Assembly: GCA_905478855.1 (NCBI GenBank)
Contig: CAJQKF010000040.1
Location: 7,076-71,075 of the forward strand
From: an uncultured Gammaproteobacteria bacterium
GTDB lineage: Bacteria > Pseudomonadota > Gammaproteobacteria > Arenicellales > CAJQKF01
Direction of reading: 5' to 3'
Length of the DNA: 64,000 bases
The position numbers were made by a program, and so were the translations under genes. Position 1 is the stretch's first letter, and each line of letters opens with the position of its first letter. Under the pieces are notes generated by a model. The model ran no database searches, was not told the origin of the DNA, and was given only the letters and a program-made list of their open reading frames with translations. Below are positions 1-10,943 of the stretch, piece by piece.

Positions 1-87
1 AAGGCGGTGCGGGCAAAAGGTGATGAGTTATCGTCCAACCCGCGTGCTCGAAGCGCGGTGCTGCGTGTGGCAGAGAAAATATGCTGA
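1..87 (+). CDS. rsmH: 16S rRNA m4C1402 methyltransferase RsmH (MraW), 3' end only
   Basis: Frame 1 reads KAVRAKGDELSSNPRARSAVLRVAEKIC*, containing the RsmH C-terminal NPRARSA.LR.AEK motif; lies directly upstream of ftsL. Confidence 0.93.
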   Translation, partial: KAVRAKGDELSSNPRARSAVLRVAEKIC

Positions 88-356
88 AGCTGCAAAATAT
101 TGTTTTATTTTTTCTAGTTCTTGGGAGTTGTGTAGCATTGGTTTTCGTTCGGGCTGAAAGTCGATTTACCTATGCTGAACTGCATGATCTTGAGCAGCAT
201 CGCGATATGCTTGAGGTGGAATACGGTCGATTGTTAATTGAACGGGCGACATGGTCTTTAAGTCACCTAGTGGAACGTGAAGCCCAGTCTTCACTGGAAA
301 TGAGTCGACCGGAGGAGTCTGTAACCGCTACGCTTTTAGTAGGTGCGTCGCAATGA
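81..356 (+). CDS. ftsL: Cell division protein FtsL
   Basis: 91 aa; one N-terminal TM then a coiled coil (LEVEYGRLLIERATWS); position between rsmH and ftsI. Confidence 0.9.
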   Translation: MLKLQNIVLFFLVLGSCVALVFVRAESRFTYAELHDLEQHRDMLEVEYGRLLIERATWSLSHLVEREAQSSLEMSRPEESVTATLLVGASQ

Positions 357-2080
357 AAAAACGTACCGCGACAAAATCACACTTTAGCCCGTTACGGCAT
401 TGGTCCCTTTTAATCCTTCTGTTTGGCAGTTTTGTGGTTCTGGGGTTGCAGGCTGGCATGCTCCAATGGGAGCAAGGCGAATTCCTTAAGCAGCAAGGGG
501 AAGCTCGTGTAGTGCGTACCCTAACTATTAAGTCTACTCGTGGTCGTATTCGTGATAGGAACGGAGAACTTCTCGCGGTAAGTACACCAGTGGATTCATT
601 ATGGATGGATCCTCAACTGCTTTGCGAAAGCAAATCTGCTATGGCTCAAGTCGCGAGTGCGCTTGGGAGAAGCGAAGCTAGTTTGGCTCAAGAGTGTGTT
701 AAAGCAGGCAGCACGAGTTTTCGCTTTCTGAAGCGTCATATGGCACCTGCCGATGCAAGTAAAATTTTGGAATTGAATATTCAAGGCCTTTTTAGTCAGC
801 GAGAATACAAAAGATATTATCCAACGGGCCCGAATAGTGCACATATTGTTGGATTTACCAATATTGATGATGTTGGCCAAGAAGGGTTGGAGCGTAATTT
901 TGACGCCCTATTGAGCGGCACGTCCGGTCGGATTCGAGTTGTGCGTGACCGAAAAGGGCGAGTTATTGATAGTGTGGATCGGCTCAAAGAAGTTGAGCAT
1001 GGTGAAGATCTCGATATTAGCATCGATAGTCGAATTCAATACGCCACACGAAGAGCACTCGCAAAAGTTGTTCGGGAGTTTAATGCCGTTGGTGCTTCAG
1101 CTGTTGTACTTGACAGCCACACTGGCGAAATATTGTCTATGGTGAATTTTCCAGATTACAACCCTAATAGACGACGTAGCGGAGAATCGTCAACCTATCG
1201 CAATCGGGCTGTTACTGATTTGTTTGAGCCTGGTTCAACAGTGAAGCCGTTTACAGTGGCAATGGCACTCGATAGCGGTGAGTTTAATGTAGACCAAATA
1301 ATTTCCACAAGTCCCGGCGAGATGAAAATTGGTAGGCATGTCATTCATGATGTACATGATTATGGCGATTTATCAGTTTCTCGTGTGATCATAAAATCCA
1401 GCAATGTTGGCGTTGCGAAAATTGCACTGCAATTGTCTCCGCAACAGCTTGTGGGAGTATTACACAACGTTGGGTTTGGCGCTCCAAGTGGTGTTGAGCT
1501 GCCGGGGGAGCGCGCTGGGTATTTGCCGCGCAGGGAGAAATGGCGACCTATTGAGCATGCGACGCTGTCGTATGGCTATGGCCTATCATCGACACCTATT
1601 CAGCTCGCTCAGGCTTACTCGGTTTTGGCGAATGGTGGAAAATTAGTTCCTTTAACCATTCGTAAGCGTCGACAACCGGCGAAATCGGAACGGGTTTTGG
1701 CCGAAAGTGTGGTTAAGAAAATAACGCAAATGCTTGAATTGGTTGTAAGCAGTGCGGGTACAGCAAAGCGTGCAAGCGTTCCTCATTACCGTGCTGCGGG
1801 CAAAACCGGGACCAGTAAAAAAGTCGTAGATGGGCGATATGCTGCGAATAAGTATTTTTCGTCTTTTGCGGGATTTGCTCCCGCATCAAATCCGCGATTT
1901 GTTATGGCTGTGGTTGTAGATGAACCAAGGAAGGGAGGTTACTTTGGTGGCCTTGTTGCCGCTCCGGTATTTGCAGAAGTGATGGCTGAGACGCTACGCC
2001 TGTATAATGTTCATCCGGATAAAATATCACCCGATGCTCAGCACGTTGCGCGGCTTGTACGTCCGGAAGGTGATGTATGA
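353..2080 (+). CDS. ftsI: Peptidoglycan D,D-transpeptidase FtsI (PBP3)
   Basis: RGRIRDRNG, RYYP, GQEGLE; catalytic motifs STVK, SSN and KTG. Confidence 0.97.
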   Translation: MKKRTATKSHFSPLRHWSLLILLFGSFVVLGLQAGMLQWEQGEFLKQQGEARVVRTLTIKSTRGRIRDRNGELLAVSTPVDSLWMDPQLLCESKSAMAQVASALGRSEASLAQECVKAGSTSFRFLKRHMAPADASKILELNIQGLFSQREYKRYYPTGPNSAHIVGFTNIDDVGQEGLERNFDALLSGTSGRIRVVRDRKGRVIDSVDRLKEVEHGEDLDISIDSRIQYATRRALAKVVREFNAVGASAVVLDSHTGEILSMVNFPDYNPNRRRSGESSTYRNRAVTDLFEPGSTVKPFTVAMALDSGEFNVDQIISTSPGEMKIGRHVIHDVHDYGDLSVSRVIIKSSNVGVAKIALQLSPQQLVGVLHNVGFGAPSGVELPGERAGYLPRREKWRPIEHATLSYGYGLSSTPIQLAQAYSVLANGGKLVPLTIRKRRQPAKSERVLAESVVKKITQMLELVVSSAGTAKRASVPHYRAAGKTGTSKKVVDGRYAANKYFSSFAGFAPASNPRFVMAVVVDEPRKGGYFGGLVAAPVFAEVMAETLRLYNVHPDKISPDAQHVARLVRPEGDV

Positions 2081-3540
2081 ATATTGGATCTGCGCCTGTT
2101 ACATTGGGTCAATTGACGAAAGGGATCGTTACTCACAGGTTTGACGATCTGCCAGTTTTTGGAATGACTCTGGACAGTCGTAAAGTTAGGGACGGAGATC
2201 TGTTTCTGGCCATTTCGGGACAGGCTGTAGATGGGCGCGATTTTATAAATCAGGCCTATGAACGCGGAGCAGTCGCGGTTCTTGCTGAAACACCGGTAAA
2301 AACTGAGAACGATTCTAGGACCGTTGTGGCGATTGATGAACTATCTAAATATGCAGGTTTGATAGCGAATCGGTTTTATAACTATCCATCAAAGCATATT
2401 CGTGTTGTTGGGGTCACCGGTACAAATGGGAAAACGACATGCTGCCACATTCTTGCGCAAGCGTTGAATGAATTAGGTAGCTGTGCGAGCGTAATTGGAA
2501 CAATTGGTAATGGAGTGCTCGGGGCGTTAAGGGATAATTCGTTGACGACACCCGATGTGCTGAGTGTTCATCAGGAACTATCGAAGAATTTGAGTGAGAA
2601 AGCAGATGTGGTTTGCATGGAAGTATCTTCTCATGCGCTTGATCAGAATCGTGTTGACGGCGTGCTTTTCGAGGTCGCGGTATTTACGAATCTAAGTCAG
2701 GATCACCTTGATTATCATCACGACATGACAAGCTATGGTAAGGCTAAGTCGAAGTTATTTCAAATTAAGTCGTTATCAAGCTGTGTAATTAATATTGATG
2801 ATGTCTTTGGTTGCCAACTTAGTCAATTAATCGAGCCAGAGCTACTTTGGACCTATGGGGTTTCCGAGCAGGCAAGAGTTCGTCAGCTATTAGCAAAGGT
2901 AGAGCGTAACCATATTAGAATTGATTGCAGGGTCAATGGAGCTGTGGTCGAAATAAAAGCACCATTGGCAGGCGCTTTTAATGTCTCTAATGTGTTGGCT
3001 GTTTTCACAACATTAATGGCTATGGGCTATTCTTCAAAAAAAGCGGTTGAATCCTTGCTGGCTACTAGGCCTGTACCGGGAAGAATGGAACTGATAGATG
3101 TCTTAGGAAAGCCGCTGGTTGTAGTCGATTTTGCACATTCTCCAGATGCACTTTATAACGTATTAAAGAACTGCCGAGGGTTAACTCAAGGCAAGGTTTG
3201 GGTTGTTTTCGGATGCGGTGGTGATCGTGATAAGGGTAAACGCCCTCAAATGGGTGCAGTAGCATCACAATTAGCGGATCACGCGATTATAACTAACGAT
3301 AATCCCCGATATGAAAAGCCGGAGTTAATTGCTGCAGATATTTGTGCGGGGATGAACGGACGTCAACAAGTTTGTCTCGACCGTAAACAGGCAATAGCCC
3401 AGGCGTTGAAAAATGCAGGTAAAGATGACTTGGTTTTGATCGCAGGGAAAGGGCACGAAACGGATCAGGATTTTGGCAGTTATAAACAATCTTTTTCCGA
3501 TCGAGCCGTTGTCGCTGAGTTATTCGAGCTAAGACAATGA
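2077..3540 (+). CDS. murE: UDP-MurNAc-tripeptide synthetase MurE (meso-DAP type)
   Basis: GVTGTNGKTT, EVSSHAL, DHLDYH, DNPR meso-DAP motif, AGKGHE. Confidence 0.97.
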   Translation: MNIGSAPVTLGQLTKGIVTHRFDDLPVFGMTLDSRKVRDGDLFLAISGQAVDGRDFINQAYERGAVAVLAETPVKTENDSRTVVAIDELSKYAGLIANRFYNYPSKHIRVVGVTGTNGKTTCCHILAQALNELGSCASVIGTIGNGVLGALRDNSLTTPDVLSVHQELSKNLSEKADVVCMEVSSHALDQNRVDGVLFEVAVFTNLSQDHLDYHHDMTSYGKAKSKLFQIKSLSSCVINIDDVFGCQLSQLIEPELLWTYGVSEQARVRQLLAKVERNHIRIDCRVNGAVVEIKAPLAGAFNVSNVLAVFTTLMAMGYSSKKAVESLLATRPVPGRMELIDVLGKPLVVVDFAHSPDALYNVLKNCRGLTQGKVWVVFGCGGDRDKGKRPQMGAVASQLADHAIITNDNPRYEKPELIAADICAGMNGRQQVCLDRKQAIAQALKNAGKDDLVLIAGKGHETDQDFGSYKQSFSDRAVVAELFELRQ

Positions 3541-4877
3541 TGACTCTTTCTGCTGCAGCCAAAATTATGAACGGACAACTAACCGGTAAAGATCAGCTGT
3601 TTACATCAGTGTGCACTGATTCTCGTTCTATTGCGACTGGTGCTCTGTTTGTCGCATTAAAAGGTGACCGTTTTGATGGGCATGATTTCGTTGAGCAATC
3701 ACGTTCTCACGGTGCGACTGGAGCATTAGTTGATCATTTTATAGACACACATCAGTCGTGCATTCGCGCGGATAACACGTTGACTGGTTTGCAACAACTT
3801 GCAGCGACATGGCGTAGTCGTTTCACCGGAAGAGTTATAGGTGTTACAGGCAGCAACGGTAAAACCACTGTTAAGGAAATGGTCGGTGCGATTTTATCTA
3901 AATTTGCCTCAACTCTAATTAGCGAAGGTAATCTAAATAACCATATAGGTGTGCCGCTCTCTCTACTTAGGCTAAATCAGAGTCATCGATTCGCAGTAAT
4001 TGAGATGGGTATGAATCATTCGGGTGAATTGACCACACTTACGGAAATGGTACGCCCTGATATAGCCATTATTACTAATGCTGCCGAGGCTCATCTTGAA
4101 GGTCTTGGTTCAGTCGATCGTGTTGCCAAGGCAAAGGCTGAGATATTTTTAGGGCTGAAAGATGGCGTAGGTGTCATCTGTGGCGATGATCCGTTCGCGC
4201 CATATTGGCAGAGCCAACTTGGAGCGAATAAGTGCCGTACATTCGGCCTTGAATCAGGTAATGACCTCCAAGCTTCCGTTGAGTACACAGAAAACGCATC
4301 GACTATTGACTTCGACTATAGAGGACGGACTTTATCGGTACGTCTAGGCATCGCTGGAAAGCATAATGTTCTAAATGCGCTAGCAGCTATAACAGTAGCT
4401 GAGCTTTTGGATATCAATTCAGATTGCGTGGTGTCAGGACTAGAGTCATTTCAACCAGTTAAAGGTCGCGGACAGACCTTATCGGTCCTGGGTAAAGTAT
4501 TAATAGATGATAGTTATAACGCTAATCCTGCATCGTTAAATGCTGCGATTGCGGTGTTAAGCCAGTACAAGGGATGCAAGATGCTTGTGCTAGGCGATAT
4601 GGGTGAGTTAGGGGCAGGTGCTGCGGAATTTCATAGCAGCGCTGGCCTAGCAGCCAAACATGCAGGTGTCGATATTTTACTAACAGTGGGACCGTTGTCA
4701 AAACACGCTGCGATTGCCTTTGGCGAGCCGCAGCACGCATTTACTGATATGGAAGAGTTGATTGGCGAAGTAAAAAAGCGCTTCTCAAGAATTGACGTAA
4801 TGCTGGTCAAGGCTTCGAGAAGTATGCGTATGGAACGGTTAGTAAATACAATTATAAATATGGAGGAAGTTGCCTGA
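3537..4877 (+). CDS. murF: UDP-MurNAc-pentapeptide synthetase MurF
   Basis: [38 protein letters not shown]. Confidence 0.97.
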   Translation: MMTLSAAAKIMNGQLTGKDQLFTSVCTDSRSIATGALFVALKGDRFDGHDFVEQSRSHGATGALVDHFIDTHQSCIRADNTLTGLQQLAATWRSRFTGRVIGVTGSNGKTTVKEMVGAILSKFASTLISEGNLNNHIGVPLSLLRLNQSHRFAVIEMGMNHSGELTTLTEMVRPDIAIITNAAEAHLEGLGSVDRVAKAKAEIFLGLKDGVGVICGDDPFAPYWQSQLGANKCRTFGLESGNDLQASVEYTENASTIDFDYRGRTLSVRLGIAGKHNVLNALAAITVAELLDINSDCVVSGLESFQPVKGRGQTLSVLGKVLIDDSYNANPASLNAAIAVLSQYKGCKMLVLGDMGELGAGAAEFHSSAGLAAKHAGVDILLTVGPLSKHAAIAFGEPQHAFTDMEELIGEVKKRFSRIDVMLVKASRSMRMERLVNTIINMEEVA

Positions 4878-5959
4878 TGTTACTCTATTTGGCTGACTAT
4901 CTAGCGGAATATTACAGCGCCTTTGGTGTTTTTCGGTATTTGACCTTACGTGGTATTTGCGGTGTTCTTACAGCATTAACTATATGCTTTCTGGTTGGTC
5001 CACTGATGATCCGTAAACTCAGTTATCACCAAATCGGTCAAACAATTCGAGATGATGGACCACCAACTCACTTTGAGAAGGTCGGGACTCCGACAATGGG
5101 CGGAGCGTTAATTTTAGTATCCGTAGCGTTATCAACGCTTCTCTGGTCTGACTTATCTAATCGGTTTGTCTGGGTGGCGCTTCTCACATGTATCGGCTTT
5201 GGTGTTATTGGGTGGGTCGATGACTATAAAAAATTAGTTCACAAAGACCCTAAAGGTATGGGCGCCGGGCCGAAATTTTTCTGGCAAAGTGTTGCTGGCC
5301 TGGCGGCTGCTCTGGTGTTATACAGCACAGCAGAATCTCCCGCTGAGTTGCATCTAATCGTGCCCTTATTCAAAGAAGTATCTATAGACCTTGGGATCGG
5401 TTTCGTATTACTTACTTATCTGGTTATTGTTGGAACTAGCAATGCAGTTAACCTTACAGATGGCTTGGATGGTCTGGCAATATTACCGACGGTGCTCGTC
5501 TCAGGCGCCTTGGCAATTTTTGCGTATCTGACCGGGCACAGTAGTTTCTCCGAATACTTAAGTATTCCCTATATTAATGGTGTTGGAGAGATATTGATAT
5601 TCTGCGCTGCGTTAGTGGGTGCCGGTTTGGGTTTCTTATGGTTCAACACTTATCCCGCCATGGTTTTTATGGGCGACATTGGCGCGTTAGCTTTGGGGGC
5701 TGCGATAGGTGTTGTGGCGGTTATTGTTCGGCAGGAGATTGTGCTTTTTATTATGGGTGGTGTTTTCGTTATTGAAACACTTTCTGTGATTCTTCAAGTG
5801 GCGTCATTTAAGATGTTTGGCAAGCGAGTTTTTCGTATGGCGCCGCTGCATCATCATTTTGAATTGAAAGGTTGGCCTGAGCCTCGGGTCTGTGTTCGTT
5901 TCTGGATTATTTCAGTGATACTCGTACTTATTGGTCTTGCGACTTTGAAGGTTCGTTAA
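4877..5959 (+). CDS. mraY: Phospho-MurNAc-pentapeptide transferase MraY
   Basis: [32 protein letters not shown]; polytopic membrane protein. Confidence 0.98.
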   Translation: MLLYLADYLAEYYSAFGVFRYLTLRGICGVLTALTICFLVGPLMIRKLSYHQIGQTIRDDGPPTHFEKVGTPTMGGALILVSVALSTLLWSDLSNRFVWVALLTCIGFGVIGWVDDYKKLVHKDPKGMGAGPKFFWQSVAGLAAALVLYSTAESPAELHLIVPLFKEVSIDLGIGFVLLTYLVIVGTSNAVNLTDGLDGLAILPTVLVSGALAIFAYLTGHSSFSEYLSIPYINGVGEILIFCAALVGAGLGFLWFNTYPAMVFMGDIGALALGAAIGVVAVIVRQEIVLFIMGGVFVIETLSVILQVASFKMFGKRVFRMAPLHHHFELKGWPEPRVCVRFWIISVILVLIGLATLKVR

Positions 5960-7323
5960 TGATGAATGCCGCCTACAAATGTCCGAACTATGAACAAGAA
6001 GCTAGAACGCTTGTTGTCGGGTTAGGTCAAACCGGGCTTTCGGTAGTGCGGTATCTCGTTAAGCGTGGTCAATCAGTATCTGTTGTCGACAGCCGCGAAG
6101 CGCCTCCGATGCTAGAGGAGCTTAATAATATAGATGCAGATATTGAAGTATTGCTTGGTGATTTCAAGCCTAGCTTTTTCTGCACCTTTCAAAACGTAAT
6201 ATTGAGTCCCGGCATCTCACGTTCTGAAGAAGCTGTTCAAGCGGTAATTAGTGCCGGAGCAGATGTTGTCGGCGATGTCGAGTTATATGCTCGGAATTGC
6301 GATGTTCCTGTGATCGCCATAACAGGTTCTAACGGCAAAAGCACGGTAACCAAGCTAGTAGTTGAAATGCTTAACGCTGCGGGAAAACGCGCGATCGCTG
6401 GAGGAAATATTGGTGTGCCGGTATTGGATCTGTTGGATAGAGTTAATGACCAATGGCATGTTTTGGAGTTATCGAGTTTTCAGTTGGAATCAACAGAAAG
6501 TCTATGTCCAAAAAGCGCCGTAGTATTGAATATTAGTGCCGATCACATGGATAGATATACCGGACTGGAAGACTATATTTCGGCTAAGCAGAAAATATAC
6601 AAACATACTGAAAACATAGTCATCAATCTACAAGAACCCTATTTACTGCCGACGCGGGATGAAGAAGATGTGACGGGCTTTGGTTTAGGCTATAACCCGA
6701 TCGATGGTCAGTTTGGAATATGTAATTATAATAATTCGATCTGGTTATGCCGCGGAACGACGCCGCTCATTAATACGTCCGACATCTATTTGCAGGGTGA
6801 ACACAACTGGTTAAATATTCTTGCAGGCATGGCGTTAATCGAATCTGCAGGTATTTCCCTAGAAACAAGAATGCTAGATGCGGCGAAAAAATGTATTGGT
6901 TTGCCTCATCGTATGGAGCTAATACGAACTCGATTTGGCGTGCGCTGGATCAATGATTCAAAGGGGACGAATGTAGGTGCTACTGTTGCAGCACTGGCTG
7001 GTCTGAATTTACCGGTGGTGCTAATTGCTGGTGGGCAAGCTAAAGATGCGAACTTGAAGCTATTGACAACTGCTTGCGCCGCGAATGTGAAACATGTGTG
7101 CCTCATCGGCGAAGATGCTGAGAAATTTCATGTTGCATTAACGAATATTGTGCCATTAAGTCACTGTGATAGCTTACAAGATGCAGTTAATATTTCAGAA
7201 CAACTGTCGGAGCCAGGGGAAGTTGTTTTATTTTCTCCTGCCTGCGCTAGTTTTGATATGTTTCGAAACTTCGAGCATCGAGGTGATGTGTTTCGCCAAT
7301 ATGTTCTCGAGTTAAGTGAATGA
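5959..7323 (+). CDS. murD: UDP-MurNAc-L-Ala--D-glutamate ligase MurD
   Basis: GLGQTG, TGSNGKST, ELSSFQL, DHMDRY, NDSKGTN, SPACASFD. Confidence 0.97.
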   Translation: MMNAAYKCPNYEQEARTLVVGLGQTGLSVVRYLVKRGQSVSVVDSREAPPMLEELNNIDADIEVLLGDFKPSFFCTFQNVILSPGISRSEEAVQAVISAGADVVGDVELYARNCDVPVIAITGSNGKSTVTKLVVEMLNAAGKRAIAGGNIGVPVLDLLDRVNDQWHVLELSSFQLESTESLCPKSAVVLNISADHMDRYTGLEDYISAKQKIYKHTENIVINLQEPYLLPTRDEEDVTGFGLGYNPIDGQFGICNYNNSIWLCRGTTPLINTSDIYLQGEHNWLNILAGMALIESAGISLETRMLDAAKKCIGLPHRMELIRTRFGVRWINDSKGTNVGATVAALAGLNLPVVLIAGGQAKDANLKLLTTACAANVKHVCLIGEDAEKFHVALTNIVPLSHCDSLQDAVNISEQLSEPGEVVLFSPACASFDMFRNFEHRGDVFRQYVLELSE

Positions 7324-8483
7324 GTACCGTGAAGAAACATACGGGTATTCTTCCTATGACAGACTTTGGTCGTATGGATGCCTGGTTATTGATCAATACG
7401 TTGCTTTTGGTATCGTTAAGCATTGTGATGGTCTATTCGGCAACAATCGTCACAGATGCGCAAAGCTATGCAAGTGGTATCGGTCGAGCCGGAAAACATG
7501 CAATATACGTTGCTGTTGGGCTATTAGGAATGACTGTCATAGCACATATTCCCATGTCATTTTGGCAACGTTTTGCCCGCCATTTTATGGTCTTTGGAGT
7601 GCTGTTATTAGCTTTAATTCTGATTCCAGGAATCGGATACGAAGTCAATGGTAGTACGCGCTGGTTAGTTCTTGGACCCTTAAGAATACAGCCTTCTGAA
7701 TTCATGAAGTTATTCATGATTATATACATGGCCGACTATCTTACTCGTCGTCGAGCTCAGTTGAAGAGCTTCAAATTAGGTGTGCTAAATATTGCAGTCG
7801 TAGTTGGAATTGTTGGCGGGCTTTTACTGCTTGAACCTGATTTGGGTACCACTATTGTCATCGCTTCAACTGTGTTTGCAATGATGTACGTATCCGGCGT
7901 TCGTTACTCTCATATGCTGTTGTGTGTAATTGTGGCCGGAACCGCTTTTGTCTTACTGGCCGTTTTATCGCCTTACCGGCTTGAGCGCGTGATGAGTTTT
8001 CAAAATCCTTGGGCGGACCCATGGGATAGTGGTTTTCAGTTATCACAAGCGCTTATCGCGTTTGGTCGCGGTGAGTGGTTTGGCATGGGGCTTGGCCAAA
8101 GTATTCAGAAGCTGTTTTATTTACCTCATGCTGCAAATGATTTTCTGGCGGCGGTTATTGCCGAGGAGTTAGGGTTTGCAGGCATGCTGGTTCTAATTAG
8201 CATGTATGTGGCGTTCCTTTGGCGTGGGTTTTCTATCGCAGCGAAAGCTGAAAAATCGGGACATGACTTTGCGGCTCGCTCTGCCCATGGCGTCATAATT
8301 CTGATTAGTTTGCAAGCGATTGTTAATCTTGGTGTAAATATGGGGGTTCTACCAACAAAGGGAATTACCCTGCCTCTTATGAGTTACGGTGGAAGCAGCA
8401 TAATCGTTACGCTTGCACTGGTTGGTTTGGTTTTTGCTGTTGATAGGGAACTTCGAACTCCAGCTGGGAGTCGTCGCAAATGA
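7320..8483 (+). CDS. ftsW: SEDS peptidoglycan glycosyltransferase FtsW
   Basis: IQPSEFMK, EPDLGT, GFQLSQ, EELG, PTKGITLPLMSYGGSS. Confidence 0.97.
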   Translation: MSTVKKHTGILPMTDFGRMDAWLLINTLLLVSLSIVMVYSATIVTDAQSYASGIGRAGKHAIYVAVGLLGMTVIAHIPMSFWQRFARHFMVFGVLLLALILIPGIGYEVNGSTRWLVLGPLRIQPSEFMKLFMIIYMADYLTRRRAQLKSFKLGVLNIAVVVGIVGGLLLLEPDLGTTIVIASTVFAMMYVSGVRYSHMLLCVIVAGTAFVLLAVLSPYRLERVMSFQNPWADPWDSGFQLSQALIAFGRGEWFGMGLGQSIQKLFYLPHAANDFLAAVIAEELGFAGMLVLISMYVAFLWRGFSIAAKAEKSGHDFAARSAHGVIILISLQAIVNLGVNMGVLPTKGITLPLMSYGGSSIIVTLALVGLVFAVDRELRTPAGSRRK

Positions 8484-9550
8484 AAACATTAATGGTCATG
8501 GCGGGTGGTACCGGTGGACACGTATTTCCTGCACTAGCAGTTGCCAACTACTTAAGAGAGCAGGGTGTTCGTATAGTATGGCTCGGTACTAAGTCTGGAA
8601 TAGAAGCTAAGGTTGTTCCCGCCGCTGGTTTTGATATTTGTTGGATGTCTGTTACGGGGCTTCGCGGTAAGGGATTAAAACGATTGCTAACGATGCCATT
8701 CATGTTAGGTCGAGCGTTAATTCAGGGAATAAAAATTCTTCGCCGTGAAAGACCAGATGCATTACTTGGAATGGGAGGTTTTGCTGCAGGACCTGGGGCT
8801 ATATCCGGTGTAATCCTTGGGAAACCTGTGTTGATTCATGAGGCTAATGCAAGTGCAGGTCTTACAAATCGGTTACTCGCGCCATTAGCCTGTCGGGTTA
8901 TGACCGGTTTTCCAAACACAAAGGGCGTATCGAAGCGTTCCGAGTGGACAGGTAATCCGGTCAGAAATATTATTTCTGCGAATAAAGGAGATTTCGAATC
9001 GAACGAACATAGGAATCTTCGTGTTTTAATATTTGGTGGCAGTCAGGGAGCGTTGGCACTGAATCGACTGGTCCCTTCGATACTCGCAAAAATCAGTAAG
9101 ACGATGAATTTAGAAATTCGTCATCAGACAGGCAAAGCCAAACTAGACGAAGTTAAATCTGACTATGATTCACTGTCTCTGGAATCGAATACAGTCGAGT
9201 TTATTGATGATATGGGAGAAGCTTATCGCTGGGCCGATATAGTAATCTGTCGATCAGGCGCAATGACTGTTGCCGAGTTGTGTATTGCAGGTAAAGTTTC
9301 CATTCTTGTGCCATATCCTTATGCAGCCGGAGACCACCAGACAGCGAATGCTTCATTCATGGCGGATGTGAATGCTGGTTTTCTCGTCCCAGAAAGCGAG
9401 CTTTCATTTGATCGGATCAATCAAATATTTACGGATATAACTGCTGATCCGGATCGATTCAAAACTATTTCGGATGCTGCGTTGAAGTTGTCGCGTCCGA
9501 ATGCCACTCAAGATGTAGCGACTCAGTGTCTTGAGGTGATGCATGCGTGA
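8480..9550 (+). CDS. murG: Lipid II synthase MurG
   Basis: GGTGGHVFP, GNPVR, GGSQGA, RSGAMT. Confidence 0.97.
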   Translation: MKTLMVMAGGTGGHVFPALAVANYLREQGVRIVWLGTKSGIEAKVVPAAGFDICWMSVTGLRGKGLKRLLTMPFMLGRALIQGIKILRRERPDALLGMGGFAAGPGAISGVILGKPVLIHEANASAGLTNRLLAPLACRVMTGFPNTKGVSKRSEWTGNPVRNIISANKGDFESNEHRNLRVLIFGGSQGALALNRLVPSILAKISKTMNLEIRHQTGKAKLDEVKSDYDSLSLESNTVEFIDDMGEAYRWADIVICRSGAMTVAELCIAGKVSILVPYPYAAGDHQTANASFMADVNAGFLVPESELSFDRINQIFTDITADPDRFKTISDAALKLSRPNATQDVATQCLEVMHA

Positions 9551-10943
9551 GTTCGTTCGACACGTTCACTTTGTTGGTATCGGTGGTGCCGGAATGAGCG
9601 GTATTGCCGAAGTACTTTTGCAACAAGGTTATATCGTTAGCGGGTCTGATCTGGCTAAAAATGCAACTATGCAACGACTCGCCGAGTGTGGCGCTAGTCT
9701 CTATTTTGGGCATGCAGCAGAAAATATTTCTGGTGCGGATGTGGTCGTCGTGTCGACTGCTATCGCCGACACCAATGTTGAATCAGTCAGTGCAAGAGCA
9801 AAAGGTGTGCCAGTTATACCTAGGGCGGAAATGCTTGGCGAATTGATGAGATTTGGTCACGGTATTGCGGTTTCCGGGACGCATGGCAAAACAACTACGA
9901 CAAGTCTCACTGCGGCCATACTTTCTCAGGGTGGACTCGATCCTACATTAATAGTTGGTGGATTGGTCAATAGTATTGCCAGCAATGCTAGATTTGGAAA
10001 GGGAACCTATCTGGTAGCAGAAGCAGATGAGAGCGATGCATCGTTTTTGCATCTACAACCCAGAATAGCAGTCGTTACCAATATTGATAGTGATCATATG
10101 GAAACTTATGACGGTGATTTTTCACGGCTACGCCAAACTTTCACTGATTTTATTCATAATTTGCCGTTTTATGGTCTGGCTGTCATGTGCATGGACGACC
10201 CCGTTGTTCGAGAGTTGGTGGCCGATGTACATCGGCAAGTCGTAAGCTATGGCACAGGATCTGATGTCGCATTTAGGGCAACTGATATCACTCAGGATGG
10301 CACGACTATGCACTTTAAAATTGATTGGGCGGGAAGGGAAAAACCGTTGTCAATACAGCTTGCACTGCCTGGATTTCATAATGTACTGAATGCAACGGCA
10401 GCTATTGCTATCGCGAGCCTGCTTAAGGTCGAGGATGCCGATATTGTTGAGGCGTTAGCCCAGTTTGGTGGAATTGGTCGACGCATGCAGGATTATGGTG
10501 ATATTTTACTTGGCGGTAAGACCGTAAAACTAATTGATGACTATGCCCATCATCCTGTTGAACTGAGCGCTACATGGTCGGGTGCAACGGGCGCATGGCC
10601 AGATAGACGAATAATACCAATATTTCAGCCACACCGTTTTACCCGAACAAGGGATTTATTTGATGATTTCGTGGAGCTGTTATCGCATATTCACCCACTG
10701 GTGATTGTTGAGGTATATCCCGCGGGTGAATCACCCATACCGGGTGCGGATGGTCGGGCGTTATGTCGCTCAATCCGCTCTCGTGGTCAGTCTGACCCGA
10801 TATTTGTAGAAAGATTCGAACAGCTTACCGAGGTATTAACATCTATATGCACGGAGGGCGATGTCTTACTAACTCTCGGCGCCGGTGATATCGGACGTTA
10901 TGTGGCGAACCTTGCCGCTACTCACAAGGTGGATTCATGTTGA
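9543..10943 (+). CDS. murC: UDP-MurNAc--L-alanine ligase MurC
   Basis: GIGGAGMSG, GTHGKTTTT, EADESD, DDYAHHP, FQPHR. Confidence 0.98.
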   Translation: MREFVRHVHFVGIGGAGMSGIAEVLLQQGYIVSGSDLAKNATMQRLAECGASLYFGHAAENISGADVVVVSTAIADTNVESVSARAKGVPVIPRAEMLGELMRFGHGIAVSGTHGKTTTTSLTAAILSQGGLDPTLIVGGLVNSIASNARFGKGTYLVAEADESDASFLHLQPRIAVVTNIDSDHMETYDGDFSRLRQTFTDFIHNLPFYGLAVMCMDDPVVRELVADVHRQVVSYGTGSDVAFRATDITQDGTTMHFKIDWAGREKPLSIQLALPGFHNVLNATAAIAIASLLKVEDADIVEALAQFGGIGRRMQDYGDILLGGKTVKLIDDYAHHPVELSATWSGATGAWPDRRIIPIFQPHRFTRTRDLFDDFVELLSHIHPLVIVEVYPAGESPIPGADGRALCRSIRSRGQSDPIFVERFEQLTEVLTSICTEGDVLLTLGAGDIGRYVANLAATHKVDSC